From IMG/VR virus record IMGVR_UViG_3300047160_031539, positions 9,633 through 73,632 of that record: a stretch of DNA of 64,000 bases, one strand, 5' to 3'. Below the pieces are notes generated by a model that was not told where the DNA came from, made no database searches, and saw only the letters and a program-made list of their open reading frames with translations. The position numbers and the translations under genes were made by a program. Positions 35,519-43,558 of the stretch are shown piece after piece; position 1 is the first letter of the stretch, and the number at the start of each line of letters is the position of its first letter. The DNA is from a virus. Its lineage: Duplodnaviria; Caudoviricetes.

Positions 35519-35842
35519 ACTTCCCTCCTCCCCCGCAATGCTTAGGGGCGCCGGTGAGGGCGCAGACTGCACCCTGGGAGGTGCAGTCGCGTGCCGCGGG
35601 TATGCCGTATGAGTCACGCTTTTTGCAGCTACTTGCGGCTTTCCTGGGGTGCCAGTGCCGGCCCGTGATGCCCACCCCGCCTCGTCGCCGCTTTCGCCCG
35701 GCGGATCAACCTGGTCGAAAGGCTTGCCCACAACTCGCGGCGCTCGACCGCTCGGCATGTGGCGTTGGCCGGCTACTCTTGCCATTCAGGGGCCTATGTG
35801 CTAGAAAAGAGTCGCCGGGTAGCAACGGCAAACCTCTTCTCT

Positions 35843-35880
35843 GGACAGGCCGGGAGTGCTAGCCCGGCCTGTCCTCTTTT
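35843..35880 (+). other. Anti-repeat/repeat hairpin followed by a U-rich tract
   Basis: GGACAGGCCGGG (35843-35854) is the reverse complement of CCCGGCCTGTCC in both array repeats. Confidence 0.7.
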
Positions 35881-35972
35881 ATACCCCCCCCTTTTACTCG
35901 GCGGGGGACACGGCGTGGTGCTTGATGGTCAGGAAAGCCCGGCCTGTCCTCTTTTATACCCCTCCCTTTTAC
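35861..35972. CRISPR. CRISPR-like mini-array (repeat-spacer-repeat) with a self-matching spacer; no cas genes seen
   Basis: 37-bp repeats at 35861-35897 and 35936-35972 (1 mismatch). The 38-nt spacer 35898-35935 is identical to 39256-39293. Confidence 0.55.
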
Positions 35973-35993
35973 CGTCACCGGAGCTTTTGATCA

Positions 35994-36248
35994 ATGCCAG
36001 ACTGTCAACTCGACACCCTGCCGGACGAGGACGACGCCCTCAAGCGATTCTTCCTGGCGGACGTGCGGGACTCAAGTCCCGCCCGCGTCGGGAAGGCCCC
36101 CCGGCAACTCGCCGGGGCCGCGATCATGCTCCTGAACGCGGCCTTCGGGCTCTCCCGGCCCACCCGGGCGGCCCTGCACGCCAGCGTGGAGGCCATCCTG
36201 TGGACCCTGGACACCGAGTATGGACTTCGGCCGCCGACCTTACCATAA
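35994..36248 (+). CDS. Hypothetical protein
   Basis: 84-aa plus-strand ORF starting 21 nt after the mini-array and followed by terminators. Confidence 0.55.
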   Translation: MPDCQLDTLPDEDDALKRFFLADVRDSSPARVGKAPRQLAGAAIMLLNAAFGLSRPTRAALHASVEAILWTLDTEYGLRPPTLP

Positions 36249-36306
36249 TGGGGCCGTTGGGAAGCCAGGACGTGTGCCGCTGGTTGCGGCACACAACTCC
36301 CTGAGT

Positions 36307-36350
36307 AACTCCCCCGGCCGGCGGGTAAGCGGTCGGGGGAGTTCTCTTTT
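36307..36350 (+). terminator. Intrinsic terminator-like hairpin 1
   Basis: AACTCCCCCGGCCG/CGGTCGGGGGAGTT stem followed by CTCTTTT. Confidence 0.65.
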
Positions 36351-36428
36351 GGCGGCGACCGTGGTACGATTTTCCTGGTTGGTCTTCTGTAGTGCCCCCC
36401 GGCTCGTTGCCGGGGAAGGCTGCGCATG

Positions 36429-36470
36429 ACTCCCCCGGACGACTCCAGGCGTCCGGGGGAGTTTTCCTTT
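36429..36470 (+). terminator. Intrinsic terminator-like hairpin 2
   Basis: ACTCCCCCGGACG/CGTCCGGGGGAGT stem followed by TTTCCTTT. Confidence 0.7.
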
Positions 36471-36494
36471 CAGGTGGCGCAATTGCGCCACCTG
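36471..36494. repeat. 24-bp palindrome, copy 10 (perfect)
   Basis: Between terminator 2 and a candidate plus-strand promoter. Confidence 0.95.
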
Positions 36495-36496
36495 AC

Positions 36497-36524
36497 TTGC
36501 GTTTTCTCGCCCGAAAGGGATAAT
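36497..36524 (+). promoter_or_regulatory. Candidate sigma70 promoter for DHH-WYL
   Basis: TTGCGT, 16 nt, GATAAT. Confidence 0.4.
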
Positions 36525-36648
36525 GGCCGCCGGAAGGAACGGAAATTCCTTCCTCCTCACTCCCGACGCCCGAAACGTCGGGACCATCCTGCGGACGGCG
36601 GGTGCCGGTCTCCTTTCCCGGCACCCGCCGTTTTTCCAAGGAGTCGCC

Positions 36649-37518
36649 GTGTCCAAACCCCTCGTCCTCTTCCACGCCTCGTGCGCCGACGGCTTCTGTG
36701 CCGCCTGGATCGCCCACCGGGCCCTGGGAGACTGGGCCGACTACGTGGCCGTTAACTACGGCCAGGAGCCGCCCGACGTGACCGGCAGGCCCGTCTACAT
36801 CCTCGATTTCAGCTACAAGCGAGACGTTCTGGACGGGATGCTGCAAAAAGCTCAAAGCATCGTCCTGCTCGACCACCACAAGACCGCCGAGGCCGAACTG
36901 CGGCCTTTCGTGCTGGCCGGCGAGGATAGGCCGCGAAACCTGACCGTCTTCTTCGACCTGTCCAAGTCCGGGGGCCGCCTGGCCTGGGAGTACTTCTTCC
37001 CCGGCAAGCCGGCCCCGTGGCTGGTGGACTACACCGAGGACCGCGACCTGTGGCGGTGGGCACTGCCCGACTCCAGGGCCATCAGTGCCTACATCGCCTC
37101 CCACCCGTTTGAGTTCTGGCGGTGGGACGTGTGGGGGGCGTGCCCGATCGGGGACGCACCCTGGCGTGGCTGGATTCTGGAGGGGGAGGCCATCCTCCGC
37201 TACCAAGAGAAGGTCGTGAGCGAGCAGGCCAAGACCGCCGCCGAGGTCGAGATCGGCGGCTACAAGGTTCTGGCCGCCAACGCCGCCGAGGTCGAGATCG
37301 GCGGCTACAAGGTTCTGGCCGTCAACGCCACCCTGCTCACCAGTGAGATCGCCGGGAAGCTGGCCGAGGGCAGGCCGTTCGGGGCGACCTTCTTCGTCCG
37401 CAAGGACGGCAAGAAGGTCTGGTCGTTGCGGTCCCGGGAGGGCGGCATCGACGTGTCGGAAGTGGCCAAGGCCCTGGGCGGCGGCGGCCACCGGGACGCC
37501 GCCGGCTTTGTGGAGTAA
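36649..37518 (+). CDS. DHH/DHHA1-family phosphoesterase
   Basis: LFHASCADGFCAA, YILDFS, LLDHHKT, WSLRS, LGGGGHRDAAGF; AAGGAG RBS. Contains a 45-bp tandem duplication (37237-37326). Confidence 0.9.
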   Translation: MSKPLVLFHASCADGFCAAWIAHRALGDWADYVAVNYGQEPPDVTGRPVYILDFSYKRDVLDGMLQKAQSIVLLDHHKTAEAELRPFVLAGEDRPRNLTVFFDLSKSGGRLAWEYFFPGKPAPWLVDYTEDRDLWRWALPDSRAISAYIASHPFEFWRWDVWGACPIGDAPWRGWILEGEAILRYQEKVVSEQAKTAAEVEIGGYKVLAANAAEVEIGGYKVLAVNATLLTSEIAGKLAEGRPFGATFFVRKDGKKVWSLRSREGGIDVSEVAKALGGGGHRDAAGFVE

Positions 37519-37522
37519 CCTC

Positions 37523-37777
37523 GTGGACACGGTCACGTTCCGCTACAAAAACCACCGCGGCGAGGAGGCCGTCCGGCGGGTGCGGCCGATCCGGGTCTGG
37601 TTCGGCTCGACGGCCTTCCACCCCGGGCCGGGCTGGCTCCTGGAGGCCTGGGACCTCGACCGGCAGGCCACCCGGGACTTCGCCATGTCCAACATGCTCA
37701 GCGGGTGGGAGCGAATCCTCCCTCAGTGCCCGGCCAAGGAACTGGATGAGGCCACCGGGCAGCAGGCCGTGGCGTAG
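37523..37777 (+). CDS. Stand-alone WYL-domain protein
   Basis: VTFRYKNHRGEEAVRRVRPIRVWFG...WLLEAWDLDRQATRDFAM. Confidence 0.82.
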   Translation: MDTVTFRYKNHRGEEAVRRVRPIRVWFGSTAFHPGPGWLLEAWDLDRQATRDFAMSNMLSGWERILPQCPAKELDEATGQQAVA

Positions 37778-38046
37778 AGGGGCAGGCCCTGCCAGGAGCC
37801 GACCAGGCGGCAGTCGTAGACGCCCTGGGAGACCAGGGGCAGCGAGTTGGCCTCGAAGACGTAGGCCTGCTCCCGGTCCCTGAGTGGCGGGGTCCCCGGG
37901 CACTGTTCGACCTGGCAGGGGTAGTAGGTGACGGGGAAGACGACGGAGCCGGGCCCCGTCACCCGGACCAGCTGGGACAGTGCCGGGTAGAGGGGGTGTT
38001 GGTTAAGCCCCAGGAAGGGCGGGGCCAGGTTGTCGGACTGGTCCAT
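37723..38046 (-). CDS. Stand-alone copy of the shared fibre N-terminal domain
   Basis: PPFLG...LYP.L.QLVRVTG...RDRE.AYVFE.N...RLVG...GLPLYA.ACC. Confidence 0.7.
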   Translation of the reverse strand: MDQSDNLAPPFLGLNQHPLYPALSQLVRVTGPGSVVFPVTYYPCQVEQCPGTPPLRDREQAYVFEANSLPLVSQGVYDCRLVGSWQGLPLYATACCPVASSSSLAGH

Positions 38047-38050
38047 CGGC

Positions 38051-39106
38051 TCACCCCGGCCACGAGACGATAACCCGGCCGTCGGCCCCGTTGGCACCGA
38101 ACGGGATGCCCACGACGCCACTGCCGCCCCCGCCGCCGCCGGGGGCTACCCCGTTGACCCCGAAGCCGTTGCTGCCGCCGCCGGCACCGCCGGCACCCCC
38201 CGCGTCGGGCCCCGGGCCGCCGGCGCCGGCCGTGCCGCCACCGGACGGGCCCGTGGTGCCGTTGCCGCCGGGGCCGCCGGGGCCCCCCGCACCGGCGGCA
38301 CCTCCTCCGCCACCCCCGGCAGCCGTCGCCCCTGGCCCGACAGTGCCGCCCGTGCCACCGCTGTTCTTGAGTGTGCCAATGCTTGCGGACGCTTGCCCGC
38401 CCTGGCCGCCGTTGTGGCCGCCGCCTGTCCCGCCCTTGGCCAGCACGGTGAGGTTGCTCACAAACCACGAGTCCTGGCCGAGGGCCCCGAAAGGCCGCCC
38501 GCCGCTCCCGCCGCAGCCCACGTAGCCCGAAACGGCAACGCCCGGGGTTACGACGATTGCACCGAGGGAGGCGTAGGCTCCGCCGCCGCCGCCGCCGCCG
38601 TTCCCGGACGCACCGAGCGACGTGGTTCCCTGGGCCCCGCCGCCGCCGGCCCCCGTACAGCGGGCCTTCACCAAGGTAACGCCGGCCGGGGGGATGAAGG
38701 AAAAATTGCCGCAGACGGTGAAGGTCTGGCTGGTGAGGGTGGCCGAGGAGGCGGCCGCGGACGAGGCGACCGCCGAAGAGGTCGGGGAAAACGACACGGA
38801 GGACGGGACGGCCTTCCGGCAGCAGGCGACGGCGTAGAGGGGCAGGCCGCCGAAGCTGCCCACCAGGCGGCCGTCGTAGATCGCCCCACCCAGGGGCTGG
38901 CTGTTGGGCTCGAAGACGTAGGCCGGCTCGCGGTCGCGGACGGCCAGGTTGCCGGTGTACTGCTGGGTCATGCAGGGGTAGATCGGGAAGGGCTGGCCCA
39001 GGAGGGCCGGCCCGGTGACCCGGAGCAGTTGGGGCAGTTCGGGGTAGAGGGGGTGCTCGTTCTGGCCGAGGAAGGGCGACACCGTGTTGGTGCTGACCTC
39101 AGCCAC
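38051..39106 (-). CDS. Gly-rich tail-fibre-like protein with the shared N-terminal domain
   Basis: Shared domain, Ser linker, FSFIPPAGVTLVKARCTGAGGGG and Gly-rich repeats ending GADGRVIVSW. Confidence 0.75.
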   Translation of the reverse strand: MAEVSTNTVSPFLGQNEHPLYPELPQLLRVTGPALLGQPFPIYPCMTQQYTGNLAVRDREPAYVFEPNSQPLGGAIYDGRLVGSFGGLPLYAVACCRKAVPSSVSFSPTSSAVASSAAASSATLTSQTFTVCGNFSFIPPAGVTLVKARCTGAGGGGAQGTTSLGASGNGGGGGGGAYASLGAIVVTPGVAVSGYVGCGGSGGRPFGALGQDSWFVSNLTVLAKGGTGGGHNGGQGGQASASIGTLKNSGGTGGTVGPGATAAGGGGGGAAGAGGPGGPGGNGTTGPSGGGTAGAGGPGPDAGGAGGAGGGSNGFGVNGVAPGGGGGGSGVVGIPFGANGADGRVIVSWPG

Positions 39107-39296
39107 GGGCGATTTCTCTCATGTCGGTATCGGACTGACGCTGGGCCAGTAAGAGCAGGCAGGTCGGGCAGGTAACGTTCTCGTCGTTGATACAGCACTC
39201 GCCGTCCGTCACCGACTTGCCGCAGACGGCCTTCCGTGGGGCCGGCACGGACCACTCGGCGGGGGACACGGCGTGGTGCTTGATGGTCAGGAACAA
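39099..39296 (-). CDS. His/Cys Zn-finger miniprotein; codons 2-14 match the mini-array spacer
   Basis: HH...AVCGK...VTCPTCL...DMREIARG. Confidence 0.65.
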   Translation of the reverse strand: MFLTIKHHAVSPAEWSVPAPRKAVCGKSVTDGECCINDENVTCPTCLLLLAQRQSDTDMREIARG

Positions 39297-39299
39297 GGG

Positions 39300-39512
39300 T
39301 CACCCCTTCGCGATGGCCTCCAGGTCCCGGACAAGTAAAGCCCGCCTGCAGGCCGGACAGGTGGCGTCCTCGGGGGCTGTCGTCAGCCGAACGGGCCCCA
39401 CCCACTTGCCACAGACCGCGGGCAACGTCCCGTCCCCCGAGCCCATTAAACAGGGTTGGTAAACGTGGACCCAGAGCCAGTCGGCCGGGGGCGCAACCGG
39501 GTCGTAGTTCAC
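39300..39512 (-). CDS. His/Cys Zn-finger miniprotein
   Basis: VH...AVCGK...ATCPAC...RDLEAIAKG. Confidence 0.65.
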   Translation of the reverse strand: MNYDPVAPPADWLWVHVYQPCLMGSGDGTLPAVCGKWVGPVRLTTAPEDATCPACRRALLVRDLEAIAKG

Positions 39513-39516
39513 GATC

Positions 39517-39720
39517 TCACCCCTTCGCGACCTCGGCCAGGTCCCGCCTGTCCAGGAAGGCCAGGCAGTCCGGGCAGGTGCAGTCGTCCCGTTCACTTGC
39601 CAGGTCCCAGCCGCGGACCTGCTTGCCACACAGGGCGACGATTGGGGTTCCCATAGTCTGCGGTCGCTCCACGGGCCGGCCCAGGTGGCGGACCCGGGAA
39701 CGTGTGGTGTCGTCGGGCAC
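39517..39720 (-). CDS. His/Cys Zn-finger miniprotein
   Basis: RH...ALCGK...CTCPDCL...RDLAEVAKG. Confidence 0.65.
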   Translation of the reverse strand: MPDDTTRSRVRHLGRPVERPQTMGTPIVALCGKQVRGWDLASERDDCTCPDCLAFLDRRDLAEVAKG

Positions 39721-39723
39721 GGC

Positions 39724-41019
39724 TCAGTCCTCCCGGTGTTGCACCAGGGGCCAGGGCTGGTCGGGCCCGCGGAGGACTTCCGTCCGCCAGGCCAGCCGCC
39801 CTTCCCTTTGATACCAGCATACCCCGTCGCACAGGCTGCCGGTGAAAAAGTTGATCGCCCCGGCGTAGACCTGGGTCAGGTAGCCGGCCGTGCCGCGGGT
39901 GACGCGGTTGTAGTACTGCTGGGCCCGTTCCGCGGCGATCGTGGCCGCGGTTGCCGCGTCGGCCGCCACCGGGAGGTTGTTCACGTCATAGCTGACCTGG
40001 AAGTCGTCCCAGATGTAATGGGTGCCCGGCGAGTTGCTGTAGGGGCTGGGGCCCGTCACCGTGACCGAGTAGAGGGGCGTGCTGGCCCACTGGAGGGCGT
40101 CCCGCCGAACCGTCTCCTCGGTGCCGTACTGGGCGTTGTAACGGTGGAAATAGATCGTGACCTTCCCCGGGACGCGGCCGGCCCCCGCGTCGATCCACTC
40201 CAGGTCTTCCTCCAGGGAGGACAGGTACTGCGACTGGAGGCTCGTGAAGGCCGCGTCCGTGCCCATCAGGGACACGATCCCGTAGGGGGCACTCTTGGTC
40301 AGGTTGACCGAGATCGTGAGCCCCAGAAGGTCCAGGACGCTGCAAAGGGCATCCCAGCAGGAAACCCCCGGGAAGACGAAGCCCTCCGGGGTGCCGGCCG
40401 GGGTGATCGGCAGGCCGGGGTAGGCGCCCAGGACGGGCATCTGGCCCCACAGGTCGGCGACCATCGCGTTCCAGTTCCAGGGCGTACCGCCGCCTGGGGT
40501 ACTTAGGCTGTAGAACTGGCCTGGGTAGGCTGGGGAGATCACGTTGTACTGAGAAGTTGTGGGGGCCTGGAACCATGCGTTAGATAGGAGGCCCCGGGGG
40601 TCGGTCAGTTCGACCAGGTAGATGGCGTTGGGACTGGAGGCGAGGCCCCGGGTGACGCAACGGGCCTGGGTGAGGGCCAGGTTCTGAAGGAGGATGCCGT
40701 TGGTCGCGGGCTGGCCCGACCCGCCGGTGACGTTCTGCAGGTTAAAGAAATCGTCGAGGTTGAGCTGGAAATTGGTCTTGTAGAGGCCCGAGGCACCCAG
40801 GAGGGTGGTGATCTGGTTGTAGCCGGCCCGGCCCAGGAGCACCCAGCCCCTGGCCGGCCAGCGGTGGCCGGGACAGTAAAAGGCGTTGGCGAAGGCCAGT
40901 TCGGGCACCCGGGGCCGGTTGAACCTGTCCCGCAGGCCCCGGACCAGGGCGGGGTCTACCAGGGGGACGGAGTAGAGGACCGTGCCGCCCGCCGACACGA
41001 TGTTAAGGCAGTTGGGCAT
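39724..41019 (-). CDS. Putative tail tip/hub structural protein
   Basis: 431-aa, Thr/Gly/Tyr-rich; sits directly upstream of fibre genes. No family motif recognised. Confidence 0.5.
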   Translation of the reverse strand: MPNCLNIVSAGGTVLYSVPLVDPALVRGLRDRFNRPRVPELAFANAFYCPGHRWPARGWVLLGRAGYNQITTLLGASGLYKTNFQLNLDDFFNLQNVTGGSGQPATNGILLQNLALTQARCVTRGLASSPNAIYLVELTDPRGLLSNAWFQAPTTSQYNVISPAYPGQFYSLSTPGGGTPWNWNAMVADLWGQMPVLGAYPGLPITPAGTPEGFVFPGVSCWDALCSVLDLLGLTISVNLTKSAPYGIVSLMGTDAAFTSLQSQYLSSLEEDLEWIDAGAGRVPGKVTIYFHRYNAQYGTEETVRRDALQWASTPLYSVTVTGPSPYSNSPGTHYIWDDFQVSYDVNNLPVAADAATAATIAAERAQQYYNRVTRGTAGYLTQVYAGAINFFTGSLCDGVCWYQREGRLAWRTEVLRGPDQPWPLVQHRED

Positions 41020-41395
41020 CGTAAGAGCCGGGGCTGGCCATCCTCATCTCGTCGGGCACCAGGTATATCTCGTAGGGGCCGCCGACCTGGTCGAGGGCCG
41101 CCTGGGGCGCCTGACCGACGCGATAGAGTAGCACGGGCCTGGCCAGCACCTGGTCGTTCAGGAAAGGCGGCTCCTGGCCCTCTGGCACCGGCTCGAAGGA
41201 GGGGTGCCAGACCTCCAGGACGAAGCTCAGGGGCAGTTCCTGCAGGTGGGCTGTGATGACCCGGGCGTCCGCTGGCAGCCCCTCAAGGATGCGGACGTTG
41301 ATGTGGTCAGCCCACCGCCACGTCTGAAAGAGGTCCAGCACGTCCGTCGGGCTCACCTTCAGCAGTTTGATCCGCCGCTCATACCACTTAGTCAT
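41003..41395 (-). CDS. Hypothetical protein
   Basis: 130-aa ORF; EVWHPSFEPVPEG. Confidence 0.6.
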   Translation of the reverse strand: MTKWYERRIKLLKVSPTDVLDLFQTWRWADHINVRILEGLPADARVITAHLQELPLSFVLEVWHPSFEPVPEGQEPPFLNDQVLARPVLLYRVGQAPQAALDQVGGPYEIYLVPDEMRMASPGSYDAQLP

Positions 41396-41486
41396 CGTGG
41401 CCCTTGCGGAAATAGACGTTGGAACGCTCCATGCCCATCCAGACCAGGAGCAGGACCAGGATCGCCACGTCCACCCAGTTGTCCAT
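41388..41486 (-). CDS. Small membrane peptide (32 aa)
   Basis: MDNWVDVAILVLLLVWMGMERSNVYFRKGHDD. Confidence 0.45.
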   Translation of the reverse strand: MDNWVDVAILVLLLVWMGMERSNVYFRKGHDD

Positions 41487-41505
41487 GATACGGCTCAGAT
41501 CGAGT

Positions 41506-41529
41506 CAGGTGGCGCAATTGCGCCACCGG
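41506..41529. repeat. 24-bp palindrome, copy 11 (variant ending CCGG)
   Basis: 1 nt after the stop at 41531. Confidence 0.93.
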
Positions 41530-41530
41530 G

Positions 41531-41797
41531 TCAGCCTTCCAGACGGCGGTAGCGGCGGGCGAAGTTGTCGGGGCTCACCGTGAACTTGAGGCCCCGGTCG
41601 GGACCCTCCAGGGCCAGGACCAGGATCTTCTCCTGGTAGGTCGGCACGTCCACCACGTCCACGTCCAGAACCTCGTAGCGGCAGCCCTGGCAGCCGGCCG
41701 GCCACTCCGGGAGGTACACGTAGACGCCCAGGGTGATCCTCTCCCGGGTCGATACCTCGGCCCGGCCCCCGTCCCAACTGTCACGCACGAGTGACAT
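41531..41797 (-). CDS. Hypothetical protein
   Basis: GGAGGA RBS plus ATG at 41797. Confidence 0.6.
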   Translation of the reverse strand: MSLVRDSWDGGRAEVSTRERITLGVYVYLPEWPAGCQGCRYEVLDVDVVDVPTYQEKILVLALEGPDRGLKFTVSPDNFARRYRRLEG

Positions 41798-42029
41798 CGG
41801 TCCTCCTTGCGGAGCCCCTTGCGGAGCCCCTTGCGGGCTCAAAAAGTTCCCCGGCCGCCACCTCGGCCGGCGAGGCTTCCGACAGGGCGATCACGTAGGG
41901 GATCACGCTCCGGTAGCGGTGGACGCCCGTGGGGGGCGGGTCCAGGACCAGCAGGAACGGCTGGCCGTACTCCGTACACATCCGGCGGGCCAGGTCCCTC
42001 AGGTACTGCTCGGTGTCATTCGGTGCCAT
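41781..42029 (-). CDS. Hypothetical protein
   Basis: MAPNDTEQYLRDLARRMC...; overlaps both neighbours. Confidence 0.5.
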   Translation of the reverse strand: MAPNDTEQYLRDLARRMCTEYGQPFLLVLDPPPTGVHRYRSVIPYVIALSEASPAEVAAGELFEPARGSARGSARRTDVTRA

Positions 42030-43557
42030 GACCCAGAATCTCCACCGCCCGGGTGCCCTTCTGGCCGCGGACCCCAAAGTGGCCCAGGAGCAGGTCCACC
42101 GCCGTCGCCGCACTCACGAGGGCCGCGTTCAGCGTGCTGTCGAACAGGTAGTCCCCCACCACGAACAGCCCGGGGTGCCCCTCGGCTTCGGGCTGGTGCT
42201 CGCCCCGAAGCTCCCCGACCGGCCAGCCGCCCGGCTGGGCGTTGACCGAGCCGATGAAGCGGTCCACCTGGGCCTCGGCCAGCGTTTCCTGCGCCCCTGC
42301 CCTCTGGAAGTCCGGCAGGGATTCTACCAACCGCTCGACGATCTCGGTATCCGTGTCGTTGCCCGAACACTGGATGAGCGCGCTGCCGCCGGCCAGGAGC
42401 ACCGACAGGCAGTGGCCCGGCCCACAGCCCCAGCGTTTATCCTCGTCGTAGAAACAGCACCCGCCCCCGAGGTCTTGCATCCAGAACTCGCCCGGCATGC
42501 CCATCTGGGCCCACCAGTTCTCCCGAAAGTTCATGGAGACCCGCAGGTAGTGGGCCGGCAGGTCGTAATGGGCCAAGAGGCGGTGGACGGCCTCGTTCAG
42601 GTTGCGGTTGAGGAAGGCCACCTGCTCCAGCCAGTGGTTGGGCACGGCCAGGACCACGGCGTCGAAGCGGCCTCCCAGGTCTTGCCCGTTGTTGCGCCAG
42701 CCGACGAACTGCTGGCCGTTCTTGCTCCTGTCGATCCAGCGGGCCCGGTGGCAGACCCGCACGTCCGCGTCGATCTGCTGGGCCAGGCACAGGGAGACCT
42801 GCTCGATGCCGCCCCGGACGTGGTAAAGCTGCATGTACCGGTCGTTGTCGAGCAAGACGTTCTTGATCCCGTTCAGGCCGTTACACGTTCTCGGTTCGGT
42901 CGCCAGGTCGGAGTGACAGGCCGTCTCAATGTAGCGGCAGGCCACCGGGTCGTGATCGACCTCCTCCCGCAGGCACTCGCGGAACGTGCGGTTGGCCCAG
43001 GGGTGCTCGTTGTCCGGCTGCCAGCGGGCCGCGTACCTCTCCAGGGGCATCAGGTCGGCACAGCGTTTGTGGAAGTGCTCGATGCGCTTGCGGGTGTCGT
43101 GGCCGTGAAACTCTTCCACCTCGTCAAGGTTGCGCAGGCAGCGGCCGTCCAGGACGACACCGCCCCCGCTCATGTTGACGGTCTCCAGGCCGAGGTCTTC
43201 CTCGATCAGGATCCGCAAGGGGTCGGGCTTGCCCCCCTCCCCGGGGAGGTACTCGTACAACTCGGCCACGCCGCTCTCAAAGGGCGTGCCGTCACTGAAG
43301 CAGTCCGTCATCAGCTTGCCGCCCAGGCGGTCGGACGCCTCCAGCAGCGTCACGTCGGCCCCGGGGAAGCGTTGGTTGAGCAGGTAGGCCGTAAAGAGCC
43401 CGCCGGGGCCGCCCCCCACGACGGCCACGGAAGGGCCGCCCTTTGGCACCCTGGGGGGAGGCCCCGGCGGCTCCTGCCGGACCCACCGGCCCGAGCCGGC
43501 GTAAGCCCAGCCCGGCCCCGGCGGCTCGCTGCCATAACACTCCTCGGCCACGGCCAC
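42016..43557 (-). CDS. FAD-dependent oxidoreductase (flavin amine oxidase family)
   Basis: VAVVGGGPGG (Rossmann), TLLEASDRLGGK, C-terminal LFVVGDY...TLNAALVSA. Confidence 0.88.
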   Translation of the reverse strand: MAVAEECYGSEPPGPGWAYAGSGRWVRQEPPGPPPRVPKGGPSVAVVGGGPGGLFTAYLLNQRFPGADVTLLEASDRLGGKLMTDCFSDGTPFESGVAELYEYLPGEGGKPDPLRILIEEDLGLETVNMSGGGVVLDGRCLRNLDEVEEFHGHDTRKRIEHFHKRCADLMPLERYAARWQPDNEHPWANRTFRECLREEVDHDPVACRYIETACHSDLATEPRTCNGLNGIKNVLLDNDRYMQLYHVRGGIEQVSLCLAQQIDADVRVCHRARWIDRSKNGQQFVGWRNNGQDLGGRFDAVVLAVPNHWLEQVAFLNRNLNEAVHRLLAHYDLPAHYLRVSMNFRENWWAQMGMPGEFWMQDLGGGCCFYDEDKRWGCGPGHCLSVLLAGGSALIQCSGNDTDTEIVERLVESLPDFQRAGAQETLAEAQVDRFIGSVNAQPGGWPVGELRGEHQPEAEGHPGLFVVGDYLFDSTLNAALVSAATAVDLLLGHFGVRGQKGTRAVEILGHGTE

Positions 43558-43558
43558 C

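Noticed and set aside
35876-35890. TATAAAAG TATA-box-like string in the array repeats (minus strand)
   Set aside because: The context is bacterial and no -35 lies at a suitable spacing. It is kept only as part of the repeat.
39297-39302. In-frame TGA between the miniproteins 39300-39512 and 39099-39296 (possible second Sec/readthrough site)
   Set aside because: No SECIS-like hairpin follows, and the paralogue at 39517 ends in the same AKG-stop, so it is a natural terminus.
39680-39695. Partial CCAGGTGGCGG resembling the palindrome
   Set aside because: Only a half-site with no right arm, inside a coding region; probably chance.
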